Below are positions 21,350 to 31,458 of a stretch of DNA of 64,000 nt, piece after piece. The stretch is taken from positions 22,391-86,390 of the forward strand of contig CBEUCH010000014.1 in the NCBI GenBank assembly GCA_965541585.1, read 5' to 3'. The position numbers and the translations under genes were made by a program. Source of the DNA: an uncultured bacterium (lineage in GTDB: Bacteria > Zixibacteria > MSB-5A5 > UBA10806). The first letter of the stretch is position 1. Each line of letters starts with the position of its first letter. The notes under the pieces are model-generated. The model had not been told where the DNA came from. It saw nothing but the letters and a program-made list of their open reading frames with translations, and did no database searches.

Positions 21350-21743
21350 ATATCCCGGATCTGGCGATCGTCCGTATCGAATCTAACGTATAAAAATGCT
21401 TGCCTGCCGCCTGAAATCCTCATAAATTGGTTTCCAAATTATGGAACACGGTATCGTGAGAATGCGCTTCCCCGGTCTGAACTTGGCCGGTTTTTGTATT
21501 AAAATGAAATCTAAACGGAGACAATTCTTAGGCTAAATGATTTAATGCCATTGAATTCTAGGCGGATACAGGACAGAGGCCCGATGCCGAAAATAAGCAT
21601 GGGAATAGGGGAGTATTTCGATATCGAGCCCCGAAATCAGATAATGGTCACCCGGTTTGAAATCTTTGAAACAAAGCTTGATCCCACCAGGTAGAATCGG
21701 CATAGCGCCGGATTGCCGTCGAAACCGATTGAGAGGTGTTTAA

Positions 21744-22100
21744 ATGGATATTAGAACAACAGCGAGACACTTCCAGCTGACCGATAACCTGAGGAAATAT
21801 TCTGAGAATGAGATAAAGAGACTGGAGAAATACTACGATCATATAATAGACACCCATCTGACAATGTCGGTGGAGAAGTCCAGGCAAATAGCGGAATTGA
21901 TCGTAAAGGTTTATGGCACGGTACTTACATCCAAGGCCAAGGCCTTCGATATGTATGTCGCTGTCGAGCAGGTCATCAGTAAAATGGAGACTCAGATAAA
22001 GAAGTATAAAGCCAAGCTCAGGGATAGGAAGAGTGCCAGGAAATCACCGCTGAAAACGCGGAATTTCAATGTCGAGACAGAGGAAACGGAGGACGAGTAA
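21744..22100 (+). CDS. hpf: Ribosome hibernation promoting factor (short HPF/RaiA)
   Basis: MDIRTTARHFQLT..DMYVAVE; downstream of rpoN. Confidence 0.9.
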   Translation: MDIRTTARHFQLTDNLRKYSENEIKRLEKYYDHIIDTHLTMSVEKSRQIAELIVKVYGTVLTSKAKAFDMYVAVEQVISKMETQIKKYKAKLRDRKSARKSPLKTRNFNVETEETEDE

Positions 22101-22105
22101 CAGAT

Positions 22106-23074
22106 ATGCCAACCCTCACAGTCGGCAAGTTGATCTCGGAAAAGCGTGATTTTCTGGAACTGTTTCCGCTTCTGGAGGGGATAGGATATGAGAAGTCTCT
22201 GAAGGACAGCCAGATTCATCGTCCCGGGCTGGCCCTGACGGGATTTAACGAACGGTTTCCCAATGATAGAACCCAGGTTCTCGGGCAGACGGAGATTTCC
22301 TATCTGAATAGCCTTACAGACAGCCAGCTCGACGAGCGTTTAGCTAATCTATTCGCCTTTGATATTCCTCTTTTTATTGTAACCAAAGGCATGGTTCCTC
22401 CGAATAAATTTCTCCGTTACGCCGAAAATTCCGGCACTGCGGTTTTGCAGACAAATCTTTCGACGACAGAATTGATAGGCCGGCTCTCTGCTTATCTTAT
22501 CAACATTTTCGCTCCCCAGACCACTATTCACGGTTCATTGGTGGATGTTTATGGTGTTGGCCTTCTTTATACGGGAAAATCGGGGATAGGAAAGTCCGAA
22601 TGCGCTCTCGATCTCGTCGAACGGGGGCATAGGTTGGTGGCCGATGACTCCATAAAGATCACGAAAAAGACGCCCGACGTTATCGTGGGCCATGCGGTCG
22701 AAAAACTGGGCCATCATATGGAAGTACGCGGCATCGGGATCATCGATATTGAAAAACTGTTCGGGATAAGGGCTATTAGATTGCAGAAAAGGATCGAGGT
22801 GGAGGTTCGTCTGGAACGCTGGGATGAATCCAAGGAATATGATCGCCTGGGGATCGATGATCATCGGACGTCGATACTGGGAGTTGAAATTCCTTATGTG
22901 GTTATCCCGGTTTCCCCGGGAAAGAATATAACGGTGATTTCCGAGGTCATCAGCATGAATCATATGCTGAAAGTCTACGGCGAAAACACCGCCCAGAGAT
23001 TTATTCAGAAGCTAACGGAGGAAATCGCTCGTAGGAAGACCACGCTGGCTTATCTCGAGGCTGATATGGAATAG
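22106..23074 (+). CDS. hprK: HPr(Ser) kinase/phosphorylase
   Basis: HRPGLAL, GKSGIGKSE, LVADD and MEVRGIGII motifs. Confidence 0.95.
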   Translation: MPTLTVGKLISEKRDFLELFPLLEGIGYEKSLKDSQIHRPGLALTGFNERFPNDRTQVLGQTEISYLNSLTDSQLDERLANLFAFDIPLFIVTKGMVPPNKFLRYAENSGTAVLQTNLSTTELIGRLSAYLINIFAPQTTIHGSLVDVYGVGLLYTGKSGIGKSECALDLVERGHRLVADDSIKITKKTPDVIVGHAVEKLGHHMEVRGIGIIDIEKLFGIRAIRLQKRIEVEVRLERWDESKEYDRLGIDDHRTSILGVEIPYVVIPVSPGKNITVISEVISMNHMLKVYGENTAQRFIQKLTEEIARRKTTLAYLEADME

Positions 23075-23082
23075 CGATTCAA

Positions 23083-23116
23083 GAAAGCAGACCGCTTTAT
23101 CCGGCGGACTGCTTTC
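23083..23116 (+). terminator. Stem-loop after hprK (possible terminator or processing site)
   Basis: GAAAGCAG-A-CCGC ... GCGG-A-CTGCTTTC inverted repeat; weak U-tail. Confidence 0.4.
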
Positions 23117-23212
23117 CGGAGACGCCGTTACAAATAAATGTTTTATGATCCGCTGAAACCAAATCCTATTCCTGCCGAATATAAATGTTAGAGAGAGGTT
23201 AGAGGGAACAAG

Positions 23213-24109
23213 ATGCGAGATCTTTCGGTCGAGTTAAAAGTGGGAACGGTCGTCATCGTGGCGGCCCTTATATTATTTTTCGGAATAGTCTGGGTGAAGG
23301 ATTATAAATTCAACGTAAAAAGGTATGATTATTCAGTATTGTTTCCCAATATTGGCACTCTCGAGGTGGGAGACCCGGTCAGCGTCCTGGGCGTCAAAAA
23401 AGGGGGGGTTAAGAAGATCGTCCTTTCAGGCAACGATGTTCTGGTGACGTTCAATCTTACGGATGATGTCGATCTGAGAAACGACGCTATATTTACGGTC
23501 ATGAATATCGGCCTCATGGGGGAGCGATTCATCAATATTATCCCCGGCGTGTCAGCGGTGCCGCTGGATCTTTCCTATCCCGTGCATGGTTTCTATGACA
23601 CAGGTATTCCTGAGGTGATGGGTATGATGGGCGCCGCCATCGATGAGGTCCGGCATCTGGTAGCCATACTCGAAGGTACGGTGGGCACTCCTGAGGCGAC
23701 GACGTCCATCAAGAACATAATAGCCAATATGGAACGAATATCGAGCGATTTGCGTATGCTGACAGAGGAGAATACGGAGAAGATGTCGCAGACTGTGGAG
23801 GATCTCTCGGTCTCGTCAGCCAGGATGAGGGATTTCGTGGATCGCAATGAACAGAAGCTTCAGGGTACGCTTGATAACTTCAACGAGGCATCAGGAAACA
23901 TCGCCGTCTTTTCAGGGAGGATGGATAGTCTATCGATGTCGGTTCAAAATTTAATCGCCGATATGGAAGCGGGGCAGGGGACTCTGGGAAGAATGCTGAA
24001 AGAGGATTCTCTATATCAGAGCCTTTATAAAACTGCTGTTGATTTGGATTCTCTTATTACGGATTTCAAGGCCAATCCCAAGAAATATATCCACTTCTCA
24101 ATATTCTGA
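23213..24109 (+). CDS. mlaD: MCE/MlaD family protein
   Basis: N-terminal TM, LEVGDPVSVLGV, GLMGERFI, helical tail ending NPKKYIHFSIF. Confidence 0.85.
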   Translation: MRDLSVELKVGTVVIVAALILFFGIVWVKDYKFNVKRYDYSVLFPNIGTLEVGDPVSVLGVKKGGVKKIVLSGNDVLVTFNLTDDVDLRNDAIFTVMNIGLMGERFINIIPGVSAVPLDLSYPVHGFYDTGIPEVMGMMGAAIDEVRHLVAILEGTVGTPEATTSIKNIIANMERISSDLRMLTEENTEKMSQTVEDLSVSSARMRDFVDRNEQKLQGTLDNFNEASGNIAVFSGRMDSLSMSVQNLIADMEAGQGTLGRMLKEDSLYQSLYKTAVDLDSLITDFKANPKKYIHFSIF

Positions 24110-26241
24110 TGGTACGCCTCGTTTTCGGGATACATATCCACCAGCCGGTTGGGAATTTCGATTCCGTTTTTGAATCTGCCTATGATAAATGCTACCTGCC
24201 CTTCTTGAAAACGATCGCTAACCACCCATCCATCAAATTCTGCCTTCATGCCACGGGGCCGCTTTATCACTGGATCGAACAAAATAAACCGGAGTGGTTT
24301 GAACTCTTGAGAGGGATGCTGGCTTCCGGTCAGGTGGATATGATGGGCGGCGGATTTTACGAACCGATTTTAAGCGCCATACCGATGGAGGATAGCATCG
24401 GCCAGATCGAGAAAATGTCAGACTATATAGAACAGAAGTTTGGTGTTGTCCCGAAGGGCATGTGGACCGCGGAACGCGTCTGGGAACCGGGCCTGCCGGC
24501 GATAATGGCGCGGGCGGGGATGACCTATACCGTCCTGGATGATACTCATTTTCGATGGGCGGGTTTGAAAGAAGACCAGCTTTTCGGGTACTATATTACA
24601 GAGGATGGTGGTCTACCGGTTTATGTTTTTCCAATCAGCAAATTCCTAAGATACAGCATACCGTTTCAGCAGCCGCGGGCGACAATAGAATATCTGAAAA
24701 AACTATATGACGAACGGGGCGATATTATTGTGGTGTATGCCGACGACGGCGAGAAATTCGGCGTCTGGCCCGGCACTCATAACACCTGTTACAACGAAAG
24801 GTGGCTGGAACGTTTTTTCCACCAGCTGGCGGAAAACGTCGGCTGGATAAAGCCGGTATTTTTTTCTGAGGCGATTGAGGAATTACCGGCTATCGGCAGA
24901 GTCTATCTTCCAACATCATCATACGCCGAGATGGGACAATGGTCATTGCCGCCGGATGGATTCGGAGAATATGAACAGATAGAGAATAAGTTCAAGGACG
25001 AAAAGCTCTGGGACGAATACGGTTATCTCATTCGGGGAGGTTTCTGGCGCAATTTTATGACGAAATATCCAGAGGCCAACAATATGCATAAGAAAATGAT
25101 GTATCTTACATATCAAATCCGGGAGGCCTCGGAGAAGAAGACCCTCGATGACGATACTCTCGCCAGGGTCATCGATCTCAAATGGCAGGGGCAATGTAAT
25201 TGTCCTTACTGGCACGGGATATTCGGCGGATTGTATCTAAATCATTTAAGGCATGCCACCTATTCGCGTTTTCTACAGGCCGAGTCGATGCTCGAGAGCG
25301 TCAAAGAAGAATCGTTTATCGAACATGAGGTGTTCGATTTTGACATAGACGGCCACGAGGAGGTAATATTAAAAAACCGCTACATAAACCTTTATATATC
25401 GCCGTCTCTCGGAGGCTCGATTTTCGAACTCGATTATAAGCCGGCATCGATAAATCTTCTGGACACCATGACCAGACGGAAGGAGGGTTACCATAGCAGG
25501 CTTGTGCAGGCGACGCCGGCAGACGATTCGGCGGAAGGTTCGATCCACGACAGGGTCGAGGTTAAAGAGGGAGGGCTGGAGAAATATCTGATTTATGACT
25601 GGTACCGGCGAACAGGTTTCCTCGATCATTTCCTGGAGCGGGATGTCGATATCGAGAAATTCGCCGGAAACGAATACACCGAATGCGGGGATTTTGTCGA
25701 TCAGCCTTACTCTGCAGAGCTGGTCAAAAAGGAAGATCGGGTCGGGCTGGTGATGGCTAGAGACGGGCATGTCTGGATTAACAAAATCTGGGCGCCGGTA
25801 ATCGTGGGGAAAATGGTAGTCCTCTGGTCCGGTAGTCCGAAGTTTGATGTTTTTTACCGTGTGGAAAACAAATCCGATTCGCATCTGAAATCTCTGTTCG
25901 GGATCGAAACCGCCTGGGCCATGCTGGCGGGGAATTCGCCTGACAGGTTTTATCATATCGATGGTTCTAAACCTGCGGCCTGCGAAATGCTCTCGAGCGG
26001 CGTGATTTCAGACTCGGAAATTTTCGGAATCAGGGATAATGCTTTAAAGTATGACATCACCCTGAAGGCTGATCAAAAACTCGATTGGTGGCGATTCCCG
26101 ATTGAGACTGTCAGCCTGTCGGAGAATGGATTTGAACGAAATTACCAGCAGTCAACGGTCATGCCGGTCGTGAAACTGGACCTGGGGCCGGGTGATTCCG
26201 CAAAAATAAGAATCACCGTAGAAATCAACAAAACTGAATAA
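24109..26241 (+). CDS. GH57 alpha-amylase/4-alpha-glucanotransferase
   Basis: HIHQPVGN, GGGFYEP, AERVWEP, DDGEKFG and YWHGIFGG motifs. Confidence 0.92.
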   Translation: MVRLVFGIHIHQPVGNFDSVFESAYDKCYLPFLKTIANHPSIKFCLHATGPLYHWIEQNKPEWFELLRGMLASGQVDMMGGGFYEPILSAIPMEDSIGQIEKMSDYIEQKFGVVPKGMWTAERVWEPGLPAIMARAGMTYTVLDDTHFRWAGLKEDQLFGYYITEDGGLPVYVFPISKFLRYSIPFQQPRATIEYLKKLYDERGDIIVVYADDGEKFGVWPGTHNTCYNERWLERFFHQLAENVGWIKPVFFSEAIEELPAIGRVYLPTSSYAEMGQWSLPPDGFGEYEQIENKFKDEKLWDEYGYLIRGGFWRNFMTKYPEANNMHKKMMYLTYQIREASEKKTLDDDTLARVIDLKWQGQCNCPYWHGIFGGLYLNHLRHATYSRFLQAESMLESVKEESFIEHEVFDFDIDGHEEVILKNRYINLYISPSLGGSIFELDYKPASINLLDTMTRRKEGYHSRLVQATPADDSAEGSIHDRVEVKEGGLEKYLIYDWYRRTGFLDHFLERDVDIEKFAGNEYTECGDFVDQPYSAELVKKEDRVGLVMARDGHVWINKIWAPVIVGKMVVLWSGSPKFDVFYRVENKSDSHLKSLFGIETAWAMLAGNSPDRFYHIDGSKPAACEMLSSGVISDSEIFGIRDNALKYDITLKADQKLDWWRFPIETVSLSENGFERNYQQSTVMPVVKLDLGPGDSAKIRITVEINKTE

Positions 26242-26733
26242 TCATTGAATATCAGGCCATTCCCCCCTGAGGTTTTCATAGGGGATGGCGGACTTAAGCT
26301 TCCTCAACAACGCCTTATAATGACTGCCCTTCCAGTAAAATCTCTTACAAGAGGGGCATCGTTTGATGATATCCTGGGTCTTCAGGATAAAAGGGAAAAC
26401 CTCCGTGGAGATTGTGCGTTTATCTACGATGTGGCAAAGGTCGTTGCATCTGGAGCACCGGTTGAACAACAGCTCGGGGTCGATTTTTAAATTTAATTCC
26501 TGAATTACTTTAGAGAGCTGATTCAAGGGGTTATCGTTTTCCAGAATAAAGATACCATAGGGGATGCTCATCGATGATAATTTATGGTCGCGTGTTAACA
26601 AATATCGTTCCTCGGAGGCTGCGGTTCTGAGCAGTTTGCTATCGTCGATGCTCTCGTCGAAATGGGTATCGAACCCCAGTACGCGCAGGTAGCCGGCGAG
26701 CTTGCCCAGGTTATCGTCGCAAATGAACTTCAC
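26242..26733 (-). CDS. Mut7-C RNase (PIN-like + zinc ribbon)
   Basis: KFICDDNLGKLA, LLTRD, RCSRCN, CPSCKRFYWKGSH. Confidence 0.9.
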   Translation of the reverse strand: MKFICDDNLGKLAGYLRVLGFDTHFDESIDDSKLLRTAASEERYLLTRDHKLSSMSIPYGIFILENDNPLNQLSKVIQELNLKIDPELLFNRCSRCNDLCHIVDKRTISTEVFPFILKTQDIIKRCPSCKRFYWKGSHYKALLRKLKSAIPYENLRGEWPDIQ

Positions 26734-26851
26734 AGCTGAAATCTAACAGCGGTCGGTGCATCGGTCAAGCGTCCCGCCTCCTATTTCGGGTAGTTTTTGC
26801 TTGACTACAGGGAAGCATCGGCTATTATTATTTTTCGCCGCGGTAAGGCGT

Positions 26852-26923
26852 GGGGGTGTAGCTCAGTGGTAGAGCATCTGCCTTTTAAGCAGGTGGTCGA
26901 AGGTTCAATCCCTTCCACCCTCA
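26852..26923 (+). tRNA. tRNA-Lys (TTT), CCA not encoded
   Basis: Acceptor GGGGGTG/CACCCTC, anticodon loop CTTTTAA, T-loop TTCAATC. Confidence 0.95.
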
Positions 26924-26950
26924 TTTGAGATGAGAAAAAGATGTTTCAAT

Positions 26951-27024
26951 GCGCCTTTAGCTCAGCTAGGTAGAGCAGCTGACTCTTAATCAGGAGGTCG
27001 TAGGTTCGATCCCTACAAGGCGCA
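26951..27024 (+). tRNA. tRNA-Lys (CTT), CCA not encoded
   Basis: Acceptor GCGCCTT/AAGGCGC, anticodon loop CTCTTAA, T-loop TTCGATC. Confidence 0.95.
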
Positions 27025-27270
27025 TTTTATGATACCACATAATGAAAAATCCGCGCCAGGAATCGGACCGGAACCTCCCGGATCGTAAGTGTTTATTATT
27101 CAGCCAGTTTTATTGTAGTTAACAGTGTAGCCCGTGACGAACCATCCAAATAAGCCAATTCGGGGGATTATTTTGTATATGTATCCTTATCTTCAAACTT
27201 CCTATTGACATATGGCGAAATTGGAGATAAAAGATAGAATGAGATCAAACTCACGCACTGAGGATTATTG

Positions 27271-27396
27271 ATGCCAGCTAAGAAAAAACGCTTAAAAAAA
27301 ACTCGCTGTACCGGCAGGACGAAAAACGGGAAAAGGTGCAATCGCCAGGTGTTTCCGCCCGTCAAATACTGCCATCTTCATAGGAAAAAGGAATAA
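27271..27396 (+). CDS. 41-aa basic CCCH zinc-finger microprotein (DUF5763-like)
   Basis: MPAKKKRLKKTRCTGRTKNGKRCNRQVFPPVKYCHLHRKKE; GAGG SD; upstream TTGACA-17nt-TAAAAG. Shorter than any ORF in the track. Confidence 0.65.
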   Translation: MPAKKKRLKKTRCTGRTKNGKRCNRQVFPPVKYCHLHRKKE

Positions 27397-27666
27397 TGGC
27401 CTGCCTCCGGGATTTTTCTTGCTTGTTATTTGACCGACCTTAATATTTGAATCTATAAACGGGAAATAAGCATCCCCGGCGATATTGTGGCAAGGCTAAT
27501 TTAGCAGGCGGCTGCCAACAGTCCGATGGATATATACTTGAGAGCAACTATAAAAGGCTTGACATAAGAGCCATAATATATTAACTATGAATTGGTTAGT
27601 ATTATTGCTTCTCTCAGATAAGCGTCGTTGTTGATAAGTAAACCTTAAGATTATGCGGAGATCATC

Positions 27667-28785
27667 ATGAGGCTAATCGCTATGACGTTGTTATTGATAT
27701 TTCTGTTAGCGCCACCAATTTGTATTATGGCGCAGTCGAATCTTAGCGCAGATTTAGTAATGTCCAGTCAAAAGGATAATGGTCCACGGTCGGCCCTGAC
27801 TTACTATGACTATCCTCTCTATCGGCTCGGGGATTGTAATGGGGATGGTTGGTGTAACTATGGTGATCTTGTGACTCTTATCCGCGACTACCAGGGTTGG
27901 CCCCCGGAACCGTGCATGCCGGCAGGGGACATTAATGACGATGGAGAAATGAATATCTTGGATATTATCGATCTCATCTTCTGGCTGAGGCAGTACCAGG
28001 GGAATAACCCACCGGCCAATGAATGCCCATGGGAGGTTCCGGATGCTGAAACCGGCGGCGGCTTATGTATAGATAATTGCATTGGCGATCCGGGGGAGAC
28101 CGTTTATATAGGCGTCTATGTTCAAACCTCCTTAATGAATTGCTTTCATTTTTCATTGGCTTACGACAATGAAAATGTTGAGAATATATTCTTTGGCGAT
28201 GTAAATCCCATTTTCTATGATGTTTCCTGGTCAGACTGGGCAATCATAAGGGAGAATATGCCGCCTGGAAATGATGATACTCTAAACACAGTAACTCTTG
28301 CCCTGTTCGGTGGTGACGAAGCCGGTAATATTTTTTCTCCGATTGAACTTCCCGAGTTGACGTGGGCATTTGACATCGGCGTGACAATTTCTCCCGGCTC
28401 TCAGGGAGGTTATCATCCCCTTCTTCTGGAGGCCGACCCTTATTTCGGACCGCCGATGTTTCACGCGGAATTCGGTTGGGATTGGTATGAATTTCCCGCA
28501 GTCACCGATAATTGCATATATATACCCGGCGATTGTGATCATAACGGAACAGCATTGGAACTGGTAGATGTGGTAGCCATGGTCGGGATGTACAGGGGCA
28601 CCATCGAAGCTGACTATACATGCGCCTGTGGAGTTCGGGGATGCAGTTTTTCTCCGCAGGCCGATCCAAATGGCAATTGTATATCTTTTGAACTTACTGA
28701 CGTTGTTATCGAGATAGGTGCCTACAGGAATGATCCGCCTGGTACAGTTGCCCAGGGTTGTCCTGACTGTCCGGGGTCCCGCTGA
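27667..28785 (+). CDS. Secreted protein with dockerin-like modules flanking a cohesin-like beta domain
   Basis: Signal peptide; GDCNGDG..GDINDDG pair; central GDPGETVYIGVYV beta-rich region; C-terminal GDCDHNG..ADPNGN pair. Confidence 0.65.
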   Translation: MRLIAMTLLLIFLLAPPICIMAQSNLSADLVMSSQKDNGPRSALTYYDYPLYRLGDCNGDGWCNYGDLVTLIRDYQGWPPEPCMPAGDINDDGEMNILDIIDLIFWLRQYQGNNPPANECPWEVPDAETGGGLCIDNCIGDPGETVYIGVYVQTSLMNCFHFSLAYDNENVENIFFGDVNPIFYDVSWSDWAIIRENMPPGNDDTLNTVTLALFGGDEAGNIFSPIELPELTWAFDIGVTISPGSQGGYHPLLLEADPYFGPPMFHAEFGWDWYEFPAVTDNCIYIPGDCDHNGTALELVDVVAMVGMYRGTIEADYTCACGVRGCSFSPQADPNGNCISFELTDVVIEIGAYRNDPPGTVAQGCPDCPGSR

Positions 28786-29168
28786 TTGATCCCGGATGAA
28801 GGTGATTATCCATTGGCAGTGCCATCTTCCAAATCAAATGCCAGGATTGGCATCAAAAAACTTCCGGACTAAAGCGATTGACTGATAGTAAGCAAAGATA
28901 AAAGAGGCTGCCATCACGATCGCCCCTTTTCTCACTCTACTTTCAAAGGCGCATTTTCCATCTATTCTCAGAAATCAGAAGTCTCGAGATCCGAACCGCC
29001 GTATCCCGCATTTTAGGGCTTGACTGTACAGAATAATTGTTGGATCATGTGAGACCACCGTGTGCGTGATGAGATGGTTGTTCCCAGCATTCAATGGTAG
29101 ATTTTATTTTTAATTTTTAAAACATGGCAAATATCGGTTACCGAACCCAATAATAATGGAGGATGGAT

Positions 29169-29549
29169 ATGAAAAACGTGGGTAAAATAGTGCTGTACGG
29201 TTTCTTGTTATGGCTAATACCGTTCTTGGTTTCGTTTCCGATTTTTACATTACGTGAATCCAACCGGGCGCTTTTCGAATCTATTATGCCGGTAGTGGTG
29301 ACGATCGCGGTTGTGGTTCTGGCCATCCTGTATATCCGGAAGAGGGAAACGTTCTCCGCTGGCGACGGATTACAGATAGGAATAATCTGGCTTATAATAT
29401 GTATCCTGATAGATCTGCCATTGTTCATTTTTGGGGGGCCGATGAAGATGTCGTTGGGGCAGTATATGGCGGATATAGGGCTGACCTATGTCATCATCCC
29501 GACGGTGACGGTCGGGTATGGATATCTCATGGGGATCAGAAGACAATAG
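29169..29549 (+). CDS. Small 4-TM membrane protein
   Basis: GGAGG SD; four hydrophobic segments. Confidence 0.7.
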   Translation: MKNVGKIVLYGFLLWLIPFLVSFPIFTLRESNRALFESIMPVVVTIAVVVLAILYIRKRETFSAGDGLQIGIIWLIICILIDLPLFIFGGPMKMSLGQYMADIGLTYVIIPTVTVGYGYLMGIRRQ

Positions 29550-29697
29550 AAAAGGCGAGGAAACATCAGAATTTACCAATGGATTGGCAACGGTATAAGA
29601 AATTTTCCCGAATCCGCAACCCTGTTCGATTTCAAGGGTATAATAAAATATTGATGAGGGGTTGTTATCATTTCCTAAAAATAGATCGGCGGGCGAA

Positions 29698-30609
29698 ATG
29701 TATCGATTAAATTCCAAGAGGGTGATATTATCATCTTTGACCGCTCTTTCGATGAGCTTTTTATTTTCGTTGACAGCTTTCGCACAGGAAGAAGCGGATA
29801 GATTTTCGCATCTGATTATTCCGGACGAGAATTCGGTACAGATTCTTACTCTTGAGGATGGATCGACCATCCTGGGGAGGATTACCGAGATCAGGGCAAG
29901 AGAAATAGTGTTTAAAAGCGATATAGGCGATTTAAGCATAGACAGGGCGAAAATCTCGGATATAGTGCTAGTTTCAGCAAGCTCCATCAGGCATGGCAGT
30001 CACTGGTTCGAAAATCCCAATTCCACCCGGCTGTTTTTCGGACCGACAGCGCGGATGTTGAAGAAAGGCAGGGGGTATTTTTCGGATTATTATATTTTCT
30101 TTCCAGGCATCGCTGTTGGAATAACCGATAATCTCAATATTGGTGGGGGGATGTCACTGTTTCCGAGAATGGATCTCCTGGACCAGGTTTACTACATAGC
30201 GCCTAAGGTTGGCGTCAAAGCGTCCCGTTACTCCAATCTTGCCGCCGGGGCATTGATAATAGCGTTGCCCCGGGAAGATAACGAGAGCCGCACCGTGGGG
30301 GTATTATACGGTGTCGGCACATTCGGCGGTGTCGATGCCAGCCTGACCACAGGCCTGGGGTATGGAGTCGTGGATAACCATATCGCGGATAAGCCAATGT
30401 TCATGATAGGCGGGGAGAAGAGGCTATCGAGCCGGGTTTCATTTGTCACTGAAAACTGGATTTTACCCGGAGTCGACTGGCCGATTATATCGTATGGACT
30501 GCGTTTCATGGGCCCCAGCTCGAGTTTTGATTTAGCCTTGATCAGTGTGCTGGGAAAAGGCGAGCCCCTGCCGGTTCTACCGTATGTCGATTTCGTGATT
30601 AATTTTTAG
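29698..30609 (+). CDS. Secreted protein, probable outer-membrane beta-barrel
   Basis: Signal peptide ending AFA; amphipathic strands; C-terminal Phe. Confidence 0.6.
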   Translation: MYRLNSKRVILSSLTALSMSFLFSLTAFAQEEADRFSHLIIPDENSVQILTLEDGSTILGRITEIRAREIVFKSDIGDLSIDRAKISDIVLVSASSIRHGSHWFENPNSTRLFFGPTARMLKKGRGYFSDYYIFFPGIAVGITDNLNIGGGMSLFPRMDLLDQVYYIAPKVGVKASRYSNLAAGALIIALPREDNESRTVGVLYGVGTFGGVDASLTTGLGYGVVDNHIADKPMFMIGGEKRLSSRVSFVTENWILPGVDWPIISYGLRFMGPSSSFDLALISVLGKGEPLPVLPYVDFVINF

Positions 30610-30725
30610 ATCCGGCAAATCAGATCGCATGATTTTCAGATCCCATGACACCCAAAATCTCATTTATCGCGCCGATTCGCTGAAACCGGGCGCTTCTATT
30701 TTGAGTATATTCCATTGGGATTGGA

Positions 30726-30754
30726 TTGACGGATATACAGCCGATCATTATATT
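30726..30754 (+). promoter_or_regulatory. sigma70-type promoter of tmRNA
   Basis: TTGACG-17nt-TATATT, 26 nt upstream of the mature 5' end. Confidence 0.6.
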
Positions 30755-30780
30755 GAATCGGAGTTGTTCTTTGATAACAT

Positions 30781-31135
30781 GGGGGCGACAGGTTTCGACG
30801 GGATGACTGATGTCTGACCTGCGCGTCGAGGTCCCGGTAACCTCGTAAAACAATCGGGAAACCTTACAAGTGCCGACGATTATTCGTACGCACTGGCTGC
30901 CTAAGACACTGGCGGCTCGTTCTACCTGGATTTGCTTATCGGTCCGGGATAGAGCGTCGATTAGATAAGATAGCGGCATAAACCGTCCCCGATTATGTCG
31001 CGAAACAAAAGGGGGCTGGACGGGAGGAAAGCCCGGCGATCGGCGTTTCTCCTGTTGAGATTAAATATTCGCCTACGCGCGTAGACGGTTATTCGGAGGC
31101 ATTTTCGGACGGGGGTTCGATTCCCCCCGCCTCCA
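30781..31135 (+). ncRNA. ssrA: tmRNA; tag (A)ADDYSYALAA
   Basis: 5' GGGGGCG pairs with 3' CGCCTCC(A) including the G3:U pair; T-arm GGGGG-TTCGATT-CCCCC; tag frame 30872-30904 ends ALAA-TAA. Confidence 0.97.
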
Positions 31136-31153
31136 TTAATTTGTCTTGACAAT

Positions 31154-31414
31154 ATGATTTATCTTTATGTATTACAGGGCGAAAAGGGTAAGCGCTATGT
31201 TGGTATTACCAACAACTTAGAACGCCGTTTATCTGAACATCGTAGCGGAAAAACTAAGGGCGGACAAATCATAGGTAAGTTTAAACTACTGCACATTGAG
31301 AAATTTGAAGATTATAAAGAAGCTCGGAAACGCGAGGTATTCCTTAAATCAGGAGTTGGCCGTGAGTGGTTAAATCAAGAATTTCCTCGGACGGGGTCCG
31401 CCGAAGGCGGATAA
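31154..31414 (+). CDS. Stand-alone GIY-YIG nuclease (86 aa)
   Basis: YLYVL..RYVGIT..ERRLSEH..ARKREVFLKSG; stop codon lies inside the palindromic insert of the repeat. Confidence 0.9.
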   Translation: MIYLYVLQGEKGKRYVGITNNLERRLSEHRSGKTKGGQIIGKFKLLHIEKFEDYKEARKREVFLKSGVGREWLNQEFPRTGSAEGG

Positions 31415-31458
31415 AGCTTGGTCGCCTCCGGCGACTTCGATTCCCCCCGCCTCCACCA
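31387..31458 (+). repeat. tmRNA 3'-end copy 2 with 39-nt double-hairpin insert; ends in CCA
   Basis: Matches tmRNA 31105-31135 except one T-stem G is replaced by TCCGCCGAAGGCGGATAAAGCTTGGTCGCCTCCGGCGAC (31397-31435). Confidence 0.95.

Noticed and set aside
21350..21743. sigma54 promoter or sRNA between rpoN and hpf
   Set aside because: The best candidate, TTGGCCGGTTTTTGTA, has the wrong spacing and lacks the GC; no convincing structure seen.
31397..31435. Insert as a self-splicing or tRNA-type intron in tmRNA
   Set aside because: It is only 39 nt, is absent from the full-length tmRNA, and its removal leaves the T-stem one G short.
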